A DNA stretch of 64,000 nucleotides from Alloascoidea hylecoeti. Lineage: Eukaryota. Below are positions 1-10,777 of the stretch, piece after piece. Within the stretch, counting starts at the first letter, position 1. Each line of letters begins with the position of its first letter. The position numbers and the translations under genes are program-made. Location of the stretch: contig BCKZ01000011.1 of NCBI GenBank assembly GCA_001600815.1, positions 413,622-477,621 of the forward strand, in the 5' to 3' direction. The notes under the pieces are model-generated. The model searched no databases and was not told the origin of the DNA. It was given only the letters and a program-made list of their open reading frames with translations.

Positions 1-311
1 TACGCCAAAAGGCCACACGACCTCTTATCGACTTAGAGTTGTACAATGAACGTTAACTTGTTTCAATGCTATCTCAAAATTTTATTAAAAGGCAAATACA
101 ATTACCCTAGTTATAAGAAAACAGTTATCAAATAAAAGACAATTAATGAAAAAACCTTCCTATGATTATTCCAACGAATTAAATTCATATAAATCAATTT
201 TATAAATCATATAGTATGTGTGTGAAATAGCCTATTACAATGAACCCAAATGCTTAACATAAGCTCAAAAGAATTCGAATACTTTATAGATGTATTTTAT
301 ATGTTGATTAG

Positions 312-1614
312 TTATAATTGATCACTCGATGATGCATTCTTCATTGAAAGAAAAGTGTTCCAAAAAACGCTCACTAAAAAAACAGTCAAAATATTAGTAT
401 AAATAAGCATTATCAAACAAATAAAATTTAAACTCGGAATGATTACCAGGATTATATTATATGTAGATCACTTACCAGAAGAGGAAAAGGGAATTTGAAA
501 TCTTCTAGGAATTAATAGAAAATTGATAAATTGAACCCCGGGCCAAACTGAATAATTTGCAATAAGTGTTTGTAAATAAATCTTCCGTATCTTTACTTTA
601 AAAGCTTCTTTATCATTTCCTTCTAAAATAAAATTTGAATATGCAAAAAATCCATATAATGCTAAAATAGATTATTAAGTGTTAGAAATTAGATGTATAA
701 TAAGATTTCCTTTCTTTTTCTGGGATATGATGTTGAAATACTTACATATAGGTGAGAAACAAATTTGATCTGTCAATACTCTTTCAATAGTAGATAATAG
801 TTTATTTTCAGCATCATCATATGCACCATGTAAGATAGCATACCATGGAACTTGTAAAAATGCTTGAAATAATCCCCATACCATAAATCCCGCCAGTCTT
901 GAGAACTTGAAACTCGACTTTGTCTCAACTTTATTACTATTATTATCAGTCCTTTCTAAACCGGAATCCACTAAACTCAAAGAACTGCTATTTCTTGATC
1001 TAATTTCATTATCTCCTTCTTCATGATCATTATAATCTAAACTTCCACTCTCAAGTGCAATTAATATATCATTTTCATCATCTAACCCCACACTATCACC
1101 TTCATTATATTGTAGACTTTCAGTATTATCATTTAGTCGATTCCTTTTACTTATCATATCTATTGTTTGTGCTAAAGTATCAGATAATCCATAAAGTATT
1201 AAATTTGTAGTTATTGAAGATATTAATTTATTGCTTTCATAAATATTTTCAAATCGATATGATAATCTTATAACTAATAATGAGAATAAAATAATTAAAA
1301 AAATGTTTAAAAATGGGACATATAATATTGTTTTATATGACGATGAAATGATATATTTGTAAAAAATCCCTAGTATTTCATCAAATTTACCTATATCATT
1401 CCAAAATTTAGTTAATATAATATATAATAATGTAGGCTTATCAAGTTTATGCAAGCAATCAATATAACATACTTCTTATGAAAGGTTGACGATGTGGCAA
1501 ATTAAATTTGGTTGAACTCCGATTAGTGTATCTTTCTGATGAGTCTATATTTGAGCCTTCCTCAGACGAATAAATATGATCTTCTGGGTTTAAACTAACA
1601 GAGGACATTTTCAT
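312..1614 (-). CDS. Mpv17/PMP22 family membrane protein, 4 exons (1614-1473, 1390-746, 661-476, 373-312), ~344 aa
   Basis: Manual splicing gives one open frame. Introns: 1472-1391 (GTATGT..TAG), 745-662 (GTAAGT..TTCTAAC..TAG), 475-374 (GTAAGT..TACTAAT..TAG). The product has family motifs LYGLSDTLAQ, RVLTDQICFSP, NYSVWPGVQFINF and SVFWNTFLS. Confidence 0.9.
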
Positions 1615-1752
1615 TGTTAACTGGGAAGTAAAAGAAGAAAGAAAAGATTAATATTATGTGAATGTAAGGATGTTTGATCTTCTTGTGCAGATTTTTTGAA
1701 ACACCGTCCATCTGAAGTCAGGGTAACTTTATGGGAAATTGGTAAGATAAGA

Positions 1753-1764
1753 ATTCACGTGAAT
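1753..1764. promoter_or_regulatory. Possible bHLH (Cbf1-type) TCACGTGA site upstream of the Mpv17-family gene
   Basis: ATTCACGTGAAT palindrome ~140 bp upstream of the ATG; motif match only. Confidence 0.3.
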
Positions 1765-2236
1765 AACTTTTTCTGACACCTCCAAAAATCGATTTTTATA
1801 AACAGCCATTAAATACTCTACAAGGCCTTAAACAGTTCTTAAAGTAGTACATAATGTTCCGTAGACTCTACAGATTCTATTAGAATATTTAAAATGACAT
1901 TTAAAACCTAGTATTTAGTGTTGGCGACCTTAACATTATAAACGGGTACCACAGGGTCAACTTTGGAGAAGGAGCTCCACCCACTCTATACAATGAAGCA
2001 CGATTATCTTGCAAAATTTTAGTCCTTACAGTAAGACTTAAGTAACATGACTTCCTTATAACAAGAATATTTTGAGGGTCAAAGATCTTCTGAGTGTTTG
2101 ACAAACAAATCCTTTTCGGGGCACCAGAATTTGGTAGGCGACCCGAACATTGTGTTTGAATACAACACCAAAGGAGAATAATTGTATATTCTATAAATTA
2201 ATTGGATGAATATTAGGATTGTGTATGAAAGTAATG

Positions 2237-2279
2237 AGAATCAATGGAATTAGAATCAATGGAATTAGAATCAATGGAA
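2237..2279. repeat. 15-bp tandem repeat x~3 (AGAATCAATGGAATT)
   Basis: Directly visible. Confidence 0.9.
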
Positions 2280-2417
2280 AGAAATTGATCCAAATTTACA
2301 AACATATATATATATTTAAATAAAGAAAATTAAAGTCAATTAAAAGCTTAGAAATTATTCTTTTGGTTTTTTTTTTTTTTGTACGTTCACATTCTTGTAG
2401 CATTAGTCATTCAAAGA

Positions 2418-3020
2418 TTATTGTAGATCTGGATCTGGAAGGAATCCGGATAGGTCATAATATTGTATAAGAAATAGTAGATGATTCACTTCGTGAATAC
2501 TGTTGTCAAATACATGATTATTTTGAAGTACCGTTAAACCTAACATCCTTCCTCTAGGAAGCGAGATAGTAATGTCCACACAATATTCACCTCCACATCC
2601 AGCTCTATATTCACGGGTATCATTCAATAGATCGGCGATTGTAACATCTTCTGCAAATGAGTTAAGTACTGATTGAGATTGATAAATATTATTTCTGGTA
2701 TTAGCAGAAACTTCAGGTATATAGTGATTATTTCCTGCTGATAAGTCAATTGATTCTTGATTAATTCTAGATCTGGTCCCTGGGATGGAATCACTCTCAA
2801 AATAAGTTTCAGAACCAGGAGGTGTGTAAGTACTAACAAAACCAGTAGAATGTTGATTTTCACTGTATGTCCCTAAATTAAGACTTTAAGATCAGAATTT
2901 CTCAATGTCAGACTTGGACATACCAAATACCAAATGCTTTTTATTAATACTAGAAGAGAAACGTGCCATTCGATTGAAGTATCTAACTATGGTTTGTTTA
3001 ATTGATGACTTGTTTGACAT
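2418..3020 (-). CDS. Hypothetical spliced protein, 2 exons (3020-2924, 2872-2418), ~183 aa
   Basis: ATG at 3020 (MSNKSSIKQTIVRYFNRMARF...). A 51-nt GTATGT..TTTAG intron (2923-2873) joins in phase to a 455-nt stop-free exon ending ...GFLPDPDLQ*. No family recognised. Confidence 0.6.
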
Positions 3021-3777
3021 CGACGTTGAACTTACTATTCATCATAAATATGATTAGTATTTCATTTTTGTGAAAACCTATATTCCTTATATTTGGTTCA
3101 AAAGTACCTCAGGAATCTTTTTTTACTTGACTAATACATGTATATGTATAGCTATATGGTAAGCCTATTGTCAAATTCGATTTTTTCGTGTGGTTATTTA
3201 GTTCACTGCAGTAACCTCAATAAAGCTATCGCTAAAACCTTCCGTCTTTTGTAATTTCAAATCTACGAATGTGCTCCAACTATGCCATATCAATCGAGAT
3301 CATTAGTATATGTTATTTAATTAAACTTAAACTTCTATTCAGAGGTTATAGAAAGTTTAAGGAATATATTGGATGAGACAACTGTACGTAATGCTTATAC
3401 AAGCTTATAAGATTAAGATTTAATATATATTAATGCTTTCAATATGAATTATATAATATATAATGTCTAAGGTTTATGGTAAAGAAATTATTTTATGAAC
3501 ATGATAAAGTGTCAATCATTATAGTATAAGATGTCTGCATCTCAATGAGTTATTCAACACTAATGCAGTTAAAATAAAGATGATAAAAAGGAAAACAAAC
3601 AGAAACAAACAAATAAATAAGCTAGATAAGAAAAGACCAAACCATATTGGACGATTGAAGTAATTAAAGGCGCAGGATAAATGGTTGTTGTATATGTTTT
3701 GTGGGGTTTGTGGCATTTGATGATCGCCATATGATGAAGATATATAAATGATGCGGGTTAAGATTATAATTGATTAA

Positions 3778-5751
3778 TTAATTGTTGTTTAATTTGGATT
3801 CTTTTTCTTCCTTCTTTTTTAATCTTTTTAAATTCTTTAAATCACGTTCAGCCTGTTCTCTATCCATTCTTTTATTAGCCCAACCACGTAAACCTTCACC
3901 ATATTTTATTACAAATAGAGGAAATGGAACACCAAGTAGTAGTGCAATAAATGCACACATTGTATTGCCCCAACCATAATGTAACTTATCATACATTTTG
4001 TCAGCAAATAGAGGGAATGCAAACCCAAATAGAGATCTAAATACAGTAGCCGATGCAATAGCAGAGGCACTATATCTATTATTCATATCAATTAAATAGT
4101 TTTGAATTGTTTGAAACACAACAATTGTTGCAAAACCAAAAAGAGTTGTACCTAAACCTGGTACAAGCCAAAAGTCTTTTCTTTGTGCACCCCAACCATA
4201 CCAAATCAAACCGACTGGAATTAATACACCGCTAGCAATTAAACATGGAATTCTAAATTCTGGTTTTGAAACACCACCATTTTTTTCAGTTAATTTCAAA
4301 TAAACATTATTAATAATTCTTGTCCAAAATAAAATTCCAAGTAGATAACCAACACCTAATGGTAAATACATTAAACCAGCAATACCAACATTAAAACCAT
4401 AAACAGTTCCCCAAACTTTTGGAAATGTAACAATCATAAGATACATGAAACCATAAACAAAGGCCATAAATAAACCAAGACCAAACACCATTGGATGAGT
4501 AAATAATAGTTTGATTGGTCTTGAAACATTTAATGTTAACCTTGATAAGAAACTTTCACCATCAGAAATCTCATAAACAGATTTTAAATGCATATTACCA
4601 GTTTTCGCTCTTAAAACTTTTGATTTATTACTTAATAATGTTGGAGAGTAAGTTTCTTGTAGAAACAACCAACCAGTAACGGTACAAATTCCACAAATAA
4701 TAACAAGGAGATAAAAACACCATCTCCATCCACAATTTTCACTCAAAAACCCAGAGATAACAGGCGCTATAACAGGTCCAAGTGTTGGCCCTATAGAGTA
4801 CCATGCCATTGCAGAATTTCTTTGTCTATCGGTATATAAATCAGCAAGTACACCTGCACCGATCGAAATTGGTGGTGCAGAAGCCATACCGGCAAGAAAT
4901 CTAAAAACTAGAATTTGCGCAAGGTTCTGTGAAAGTCCACAACCTAAATTGAAACATGTAAGTAAAAAAATTGAAATGTTAAGAACAATTTTCCTACCAT
5001 ACATTTCAGATAATGGAGCACATATAAGAGGACATATTGCCCAAGCTAAAACATAAATTGAGACCACCAATGATGTAATGACAGTATTTGTAATATTAAA
5101 CTCTTCAGCGATTAAAGACATTGAAGGAGATAAAAGAGAAGAGGAAAAAGGACCAACAAATGTAAATAAAGCTACAATTGCAGTCATTCGAATTTTTTTA
5201 CCACTTGACCAATTTCTTGGGTATTTTGGATCATCTAAACCATCCCATGTAACTAATTCTGGATCTAATGAGTGGAATTCAAACCCATCATCTTTACTTG
5301 GTAATCCAGCTTCTGATAATTCATTTGTATATTCATCGATCATTGGTTTTTCTTTATTAGATTGAGTTTCTTCATCATCATCACGTAATTCTGATTTAAC
5401 CTGAGCAGCTCTGCTTGAATAGACGGATAAAATTGTTTGTCTTGTTTCAGTTCTTTTCAATGCAATCTCGTTTTCGGGCATATCACCATAAATTTCTTTC
5501 TCAGTGAAGCCCTGTGGATCAACATCATCAAAACTACCTGTCCTACTAACTATTGAATGGGATCTATTGATTGCATTATGAGTTGAGGTCCGTAATATAT
5601 TATGATGCGATTTATTTGTTTCTGTTGGATTAAGAGGTAATGGGGTATCAACACTACCCAAAGAACTTTTTGTAGCCAAAGAACTTTTTGAGCCCGATGA
5701 GGCGTCAGATTCCTTTGAGGAAATCCGATTTAAATTATCTTTCCCAGTCAT
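3778..5751 (-). CDS. MFS drug:H+ antiporter, DHA1 family (TPO/FLR1-like), ~657 aa
   Basis: First ATG at 5751. Motifs LVTWDGLDDPKYPRNWS, PLSEMYGRK, GWRWCFY, QETYSP and KPEFRIP, with multiple hydrophobic segments. Confidence 0.9.
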   Translation of the reverse strand: MTGKDNLNRISSKESDASSGSKSSLATKSSLGSVDTPLPLNPTETNKSHHNILRTSTHNAINRSHSIVSRTGSFDDVDPQGFTEKEIYGDMPENEIALKRTETRQTILSVYSSRAAQVKSELRDDDEETQSNKEKPMIDEYTNELSEAGLPSKDDGFEFHSLDPELVTWDGLDDPKYPRNWSSGKKIRMTAIVALFTFVGPFSSSLLSPSMSLIAEEFNITNTVITSLVVSIYVLAWAICPLICAPLSEMYGRKIVLNISIFLLTCFNLGCGLSQNLAQILVFRFLAGMASAPPISIGAGVLADLYTDRQRNSAMAWYSIGPTLGPVIAPVISGFLSENCGWRWCFYLLVIICGICTVTGWLFLQETYSPTLLSNKSKVLRAKTGNMHLKSVYEISDGESFLSRLTLNVSRPIKLLFTHPMVFGLGLFMAFVYGFMYLMIVTFPKVWGTVYGFNVGIAGLMYLPLGVGYLLGILFWTRIINNVYLKLTEKNGGVSKPEFRIPCLIASGVLIPVGLIWYGWGAQRKDFWLVPGLGTTLFGFATIVVFQTIQNYLIDMNNRYSASAIASATVFRSLFGFAFPLFADKMYDKLHYGWGNTMCAFIALLLGVPFPLFVIKYGEGLRGWANKRMDREQAERDLKNLKRLKKKEEKESKLNNN

Positions 5752-8035
5752 GATATTTCTGAATAGCAAATATTAAACTCAGAAACGAAGAAAAAGAGGA
5801 AATAGACTGGTATTTATATACGCGGAGATCTGACTATTTTAATACTTTTTGAGTTGTTTTGCTGACAAATTAACTTTTCACTGAAATAATATGCCATCAT
5901 GCGGCTTGTCAACTAAAAAAATTTATCACAATTTTTTGAATATTGAATATCGATATTTATATGGAAATGTAAAAATGATTCAAATAATCACTCTCAATTG
6001 CCAAATTCCAATCTCTAATATCCAATGTTCAAATATCAAATATTCAAACAAATAAATACAAAGATGTTGTTATTGAAATAGCTTCAGCACGGCGGGGATT
6101 TTGATCTCCTGGTGTTAAGGTTCACAAATCCCGCAGCATGTATCCTGTCGCCGTTAATCCCCCGACGTAGCTTGAAATTCCTGGTAATGTAAATATATAG
6201 ATCCAGCAATATTGCTGGTGACTCAGTGGGTAAATAATTTTTTTTGAAAAAGCTAAATATTTCTTTTCGTTTTGGGAATATTCCTTATTCCAAGATTAAC
6301 TAATTGATCTATATGGTATTCAAAATAATCATAGCCTATATATTATAATTAACAACCACCGATTTTCTTATAGATGCACAATTTTGATTTGACGCATGGT
6401 ACTATGAAATATTATATAAAACGGTGATGTGCTAGGCTGTCTTCTATATGCACCTACATCGAATATGGAAATAGTTCTGGTTTATTTCTTATTCAATCGC
6501 TTATATTCCATATTTCAGTCACTGGTCACATTAGAATCTACAATCCCAAGTGATATCCAAATAGCTCTGGTAGTTAAAACTTAACACCCGTATATCTATT
6601 ATTTACTATCTAGAAAAATCAAATATGTATCTTGTCAACACCTAACTTTTGCAGGTGTAATTAATTAACAACGTTAACTGGAAGCCTTACATTCGCTACA
6701 AAGTGCATGGCTAGATAATTATATAAGAAAAAACAAATCACTCATAATATATAAATGGTTATGAAGAGCATCCTGAAATTGAAATTAACTATTATTTATA
6801 TAGATACTAAACGACTTAGTAAACATTAAGGGCAATATATTATGAAATCTAGTAAATAACTCTCAAGCTTGGGCCATTCCATAAATTTTTAATTTTGAAT
6901 AAACTGGTTTTAGTATAACTTATCACTACAATCGCAACAAGCTGCAGTAGTTATAACAGCCTATTTAAGATCTGGAATACCTAGATCTCTAGCTGAAATT
7001 CTGAAGTATAATTGGTATTTGTGTCAATTGCAACGTTAACGTTTAATTAATTACATTAAAACATTACAGCTTCCATTCTTTCTATAGATCTATTCTCCTA
7101 CTGAATCCAAGCTTTTTTCACTATATCTTAGAATGAACATAATATTAAATTTGAAAAGGAGAAAAACAAAAATAAAATAACAAGTAAAAGTGCGATGAAT
7201 CCAAATCCTGTAGATTCAAAGTATTTCATCAATAATTTAACTTTTTCTTAAACAATTGAAATTAAAATAACGCCCAAAAGAAGTATAATCACTTAAAAAC
7301 ACATGTACAGCCACGTCTAAAGTTCAGCCTTTTTCCGGCTACGAAACCTATAGTTACCGACAATTTGCAGCTAGATACAACACCATTGTTCTGAGACCAC
7401 TGTAATCAATTGGAATCTTTTGAAAATACTTCTCTGTTTCTCTGGTTCTTCTCATTCATAAAACGCCTTTTACGTGCTAAAAATGTTCCATACCCATATT
7501 TTTTCAGAAGGGTTCCCAGTCATGTACCATATCAACAAAGCCTTTGTCCTTTCTAAATTCCATTGTACCCAATCTAAAGTTTAGATGTTTTTTCACCAAA
7601 ATGGAATCTTTATCATATTTATGATATGATGAATAGCGAGTTCAATCAAACAAATATTAATTATAGTTAGTATTTCAATCGAATAACACGTGTCTCTTCC
7701 AATAATGTAGTAGCTTTTTTAGTAGCTAAGAAATCACCACAAAGTCTTACTTTAGGGTTGTACAACGGAAATCTGCATTCAGTTACACTTTTCAAATTTG
7801 GATTTGCAATTGGAGATGTAAAGAGGGGAACGTATGATATTATTGAAACTTATTTTATACTTTATATTTGAATTAGAAAGTTTTACTAGAATGTTTTAAA
7901 TAATATACATTATTATTATTATTATACAAGATTTATGCGAAAATGATAAATAAAAGCAGTTATATAGTATGAGAATGAAGTTAAATGAAATCCGAAATGT
8001 AATAAAATATAAATATCAATCAATATTAATTATGC

Positions 8036-9087
8036 TTAACAAGTTTTGGATTCAGGGACTGATCCTGATGAAGGGATAATTTCAATCTGACTATCATAGG
8101 ACCCAATATTTGATGCTGATTGTGCAATTGAAGCTTGAGAGTTATTCAAATCAAATACAACATATGCACTTCTTAAAAATGAATTTCCTAGAATTGAAAC
8201 TGGTCCCGAAGTAGGAATCAATTTCAAGGTGCATTTGTTTGCAGACTTAGATGTCTTTAGGAGGTCTTGAAGAGGAACACTTATAGTGGAGCATCCAAAG
8301 GAGAATTCAATATTTCTAGAAGAATCACAAGGAAGTGAGTATCGGGAGTTGTGTTGATTATATTGAGTGCCCAATGAGGCGGCAATGTTAGCGATAACAT
8401 CAGCAGGGAGATAACTTAATGTTAATCCTGTGTCAAAAAGAACATCAAATTTCGATTCTGAACCTCATTCGAAATCCCATCCGAAATCTTAAGACCTGTT
8501 AACTCAACGGTTGTTCTTGTATCACTTGTGATTGGAACTGTGACTAAATCTCCAGTATACTTGGAATGGTCAACTCCTTCAGATAATATGGTTCCTTTGT
8601 CTTCTGAAGCTGAATCTAAATGGATGGGATATATTCGGGACTCAATAATTCCTGCATTGATCTCCTCCCAATGAAGCTAACCCAATACCGAACACTCCCA
8701 TACTGTTGTCAGAATGAGTATCAACTGCAAATGTAAAATCATTAACAGTTTCTCCCCCTAGAACGATATAGTCGGTAACCCAGTCACCTGTGGTAACACT
8801 ACAATCTCCATGTTCAACTCGAAAGTTATCGTTGATTTTGCTAATTGAAGTAGACTTCTATGATCGAAAGTTCCTAGTGATTGACATTTACCATTACAGT
8901 TAAGGTTTTCAGATACAACGACCCATAAATCGGAAGATTCAGTATCAAAATTAACGGTAATCTTTTGAGGAGGATTACCGATCTCGACATCAACCTAATA
9001 CTATTTTTCATTTTGTAGGAACACATCAAAAGCCGATTTCTGAGCTTTGATTGCGTCCAATTGTAAAGTAGTATAAGAGTTTTTCAT
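8036..9087 (-). pseudogene. Secreted aspartic protease (pepsin A1, yapsin/SAP-like) pseudogene, copy 1
   Basis: Reads NEK*Y*VDVEIGNPPQKITVNFDTESSDLWV, GVFGIG, FDTGLTLSYLP, ILGNSFLRSAYVVFDL. It has in-frame stops, frameshifts, first catalytic DTG changed to DTE, and a deletion in the signal/pro region. Confidence 0.88.
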
Positions 9088-9092
9088 TTTTG

Positions 9093-9146
<54 letters not shown>
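9093..9146. repeat. (AAT)n microsatellite immediately upstream of the protease pseudogene ATG
   Basis: Directly visible; much shorter in copy 2 (~18351-18372). Confidence 0.9.
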
Positions 9147-9841
9147 TATTTTATAATAATATATTTTATAATAATAGTAGTGAATTGAAGTGTATACACC
9201 TAATATGAATGTGAATGAATGAATGATAATTGGTGATATTTAAAATGTAGATAATTCTGAATATTAATAATCAATATTAATGTTGCAAATTAATTCATAT
9301 GATATATGACATACACTACTAGCTAGATCGGAGTAATATCGCTATAAGCATTAATATAGGTTTAGCAGTTCACCGACCTATTATCCGATTTCAATTCTCC
9401 GAGTTTCGAATTCCGAATTTCAAGATCAGTATTAATTATAAGGTTTTCAATAGCTGGCTGTTCCGAAATAATTCATATAAATGCACACACCAGCTATTAC
9501 ATGCTGGACTTGATTGTAAGGTTGATGTTATGCATGCATCTTAAATATTTATTGCCACACTGTCATAACAACAAGAGCTGTACATCGTAAACCTTAATCA
9601 AAGAGTTATAAATCAGCCGTGTACTGGGAACTTAATGTTTAATGTCAATATTCACTATTATATACATATTATAAAAACTTGTTAAAAAATGACAAGAATT
9701 AATGTTGCTATGACGGTACCATATTAATGAAGAAATAAATAGAAAATTTAAATTGACCAGAATTACTGTTTTAAATTACATTTCAATTAATTATCATTAG
9801 TTCAGTATTTGTCTTAACAGGCTTGCAATTGAATATTTTAA

Positions 9842-10067
9842 CATCAGGATCAGTCCCTGAATCCAAAACTTGTTAAGCATAATTANTATTGATTGATATT
9901 TATATTTTATTACATTTCGGATTTCATTTAACTTCATTCTCATACTATATAACTGCTTTTATTTATCATTTTCGCATAAATCTTGTATAATAATAATAAT
10001 AATAATAATGTATATTATTTAAAACATTCTAGTAAAACATTCTAATTCAAATATAAAATAAGTTCAA
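9842..10067 (+). repeat. Inverted ~225-bp copy of the protease 3' end and 3' flank (matches 7843-8070)
   Basis: Reverse complement of 7843-8070 with few differences; contains one N at 9886. Confidence 0.9.
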
Positions 10068-10777
10068 AAACTACACCATAGCACTTATAACCCTCTTCAA
10101 CTAATGTCGCAAACTGTGTGGTTCTCAAAGTGGCCCACGATGAGTCAAAATGTTTGGATATCTGTGGCCAGAGATTGGTAGTTACCTTTACTAGAAAGGT
10201 GATCACTCCATCCCAGTTAAAGATAAAAAGGAAAGAGCACACGAATGGATTTAAATATGTTGAAGAAGTCCTGCATAATTGGAAACTGGTATGTCATGGA
10301 GTTTTAAAAGATCATTCGATAATCTTTTGGGAAATAATGGAAAATTCCAATTAAATGAGCCACACACCTTTATCATGATCGATATCTAAAATGTGTACAA
10401 GGAGCCCACACCACTTAGCCATCGTTGGTGTGACCACCAAAGCCGAAACAAAGCAGGATCTTAAAAAATCACTATAGTATAGGCCTATAGTGTACACTGT
10501 ATAGATGAAGTATTTATCTACACAGCCGAAAATTTTTGCAATCAATGGTCCGAATATTAAGTTTAGATAGATGGAGGTCAAAACTAATTATAAAGTAAAA
10601 ACGGTTTATAAATAAGCTATCATTAGACTTATATAAGATTTACAGCGTCTCCCTTCACGTTCCTATTAACGGAGAGACAGCTGCAGCAAACAAAAACAAT
10701 CAATATTCTGTGATTAACAATAAAATATAAAGATAAAAGCATAAATATCACAATTATATGAAACATTAAAAACCAAA

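Noticed and set aside
3782..5365. Antisense ORFs inside the MFS gene (similar cases in PEX25, OPT, CDS1 and 25131-25493)
   Set aside because: Shadow frames of real genes with no independent coding evidence.
6656..7054. ~23-bp inverted match TGTAATTAATTAA..ACGTTAAC flanking ~400 bp
   Set aside because: Built from low-complexity palindromic words that are common here; no target duplication seen.
8980..9020. Stop-codon readthrough or recoding rescuing the protease (TAG-TAT-TAG)
   Set aside because: Frameshifts, deletions and loss of the catalytic DTG glycine also occur, and TAG terminates normal genes here (HGT1, CDS1, SCW11).
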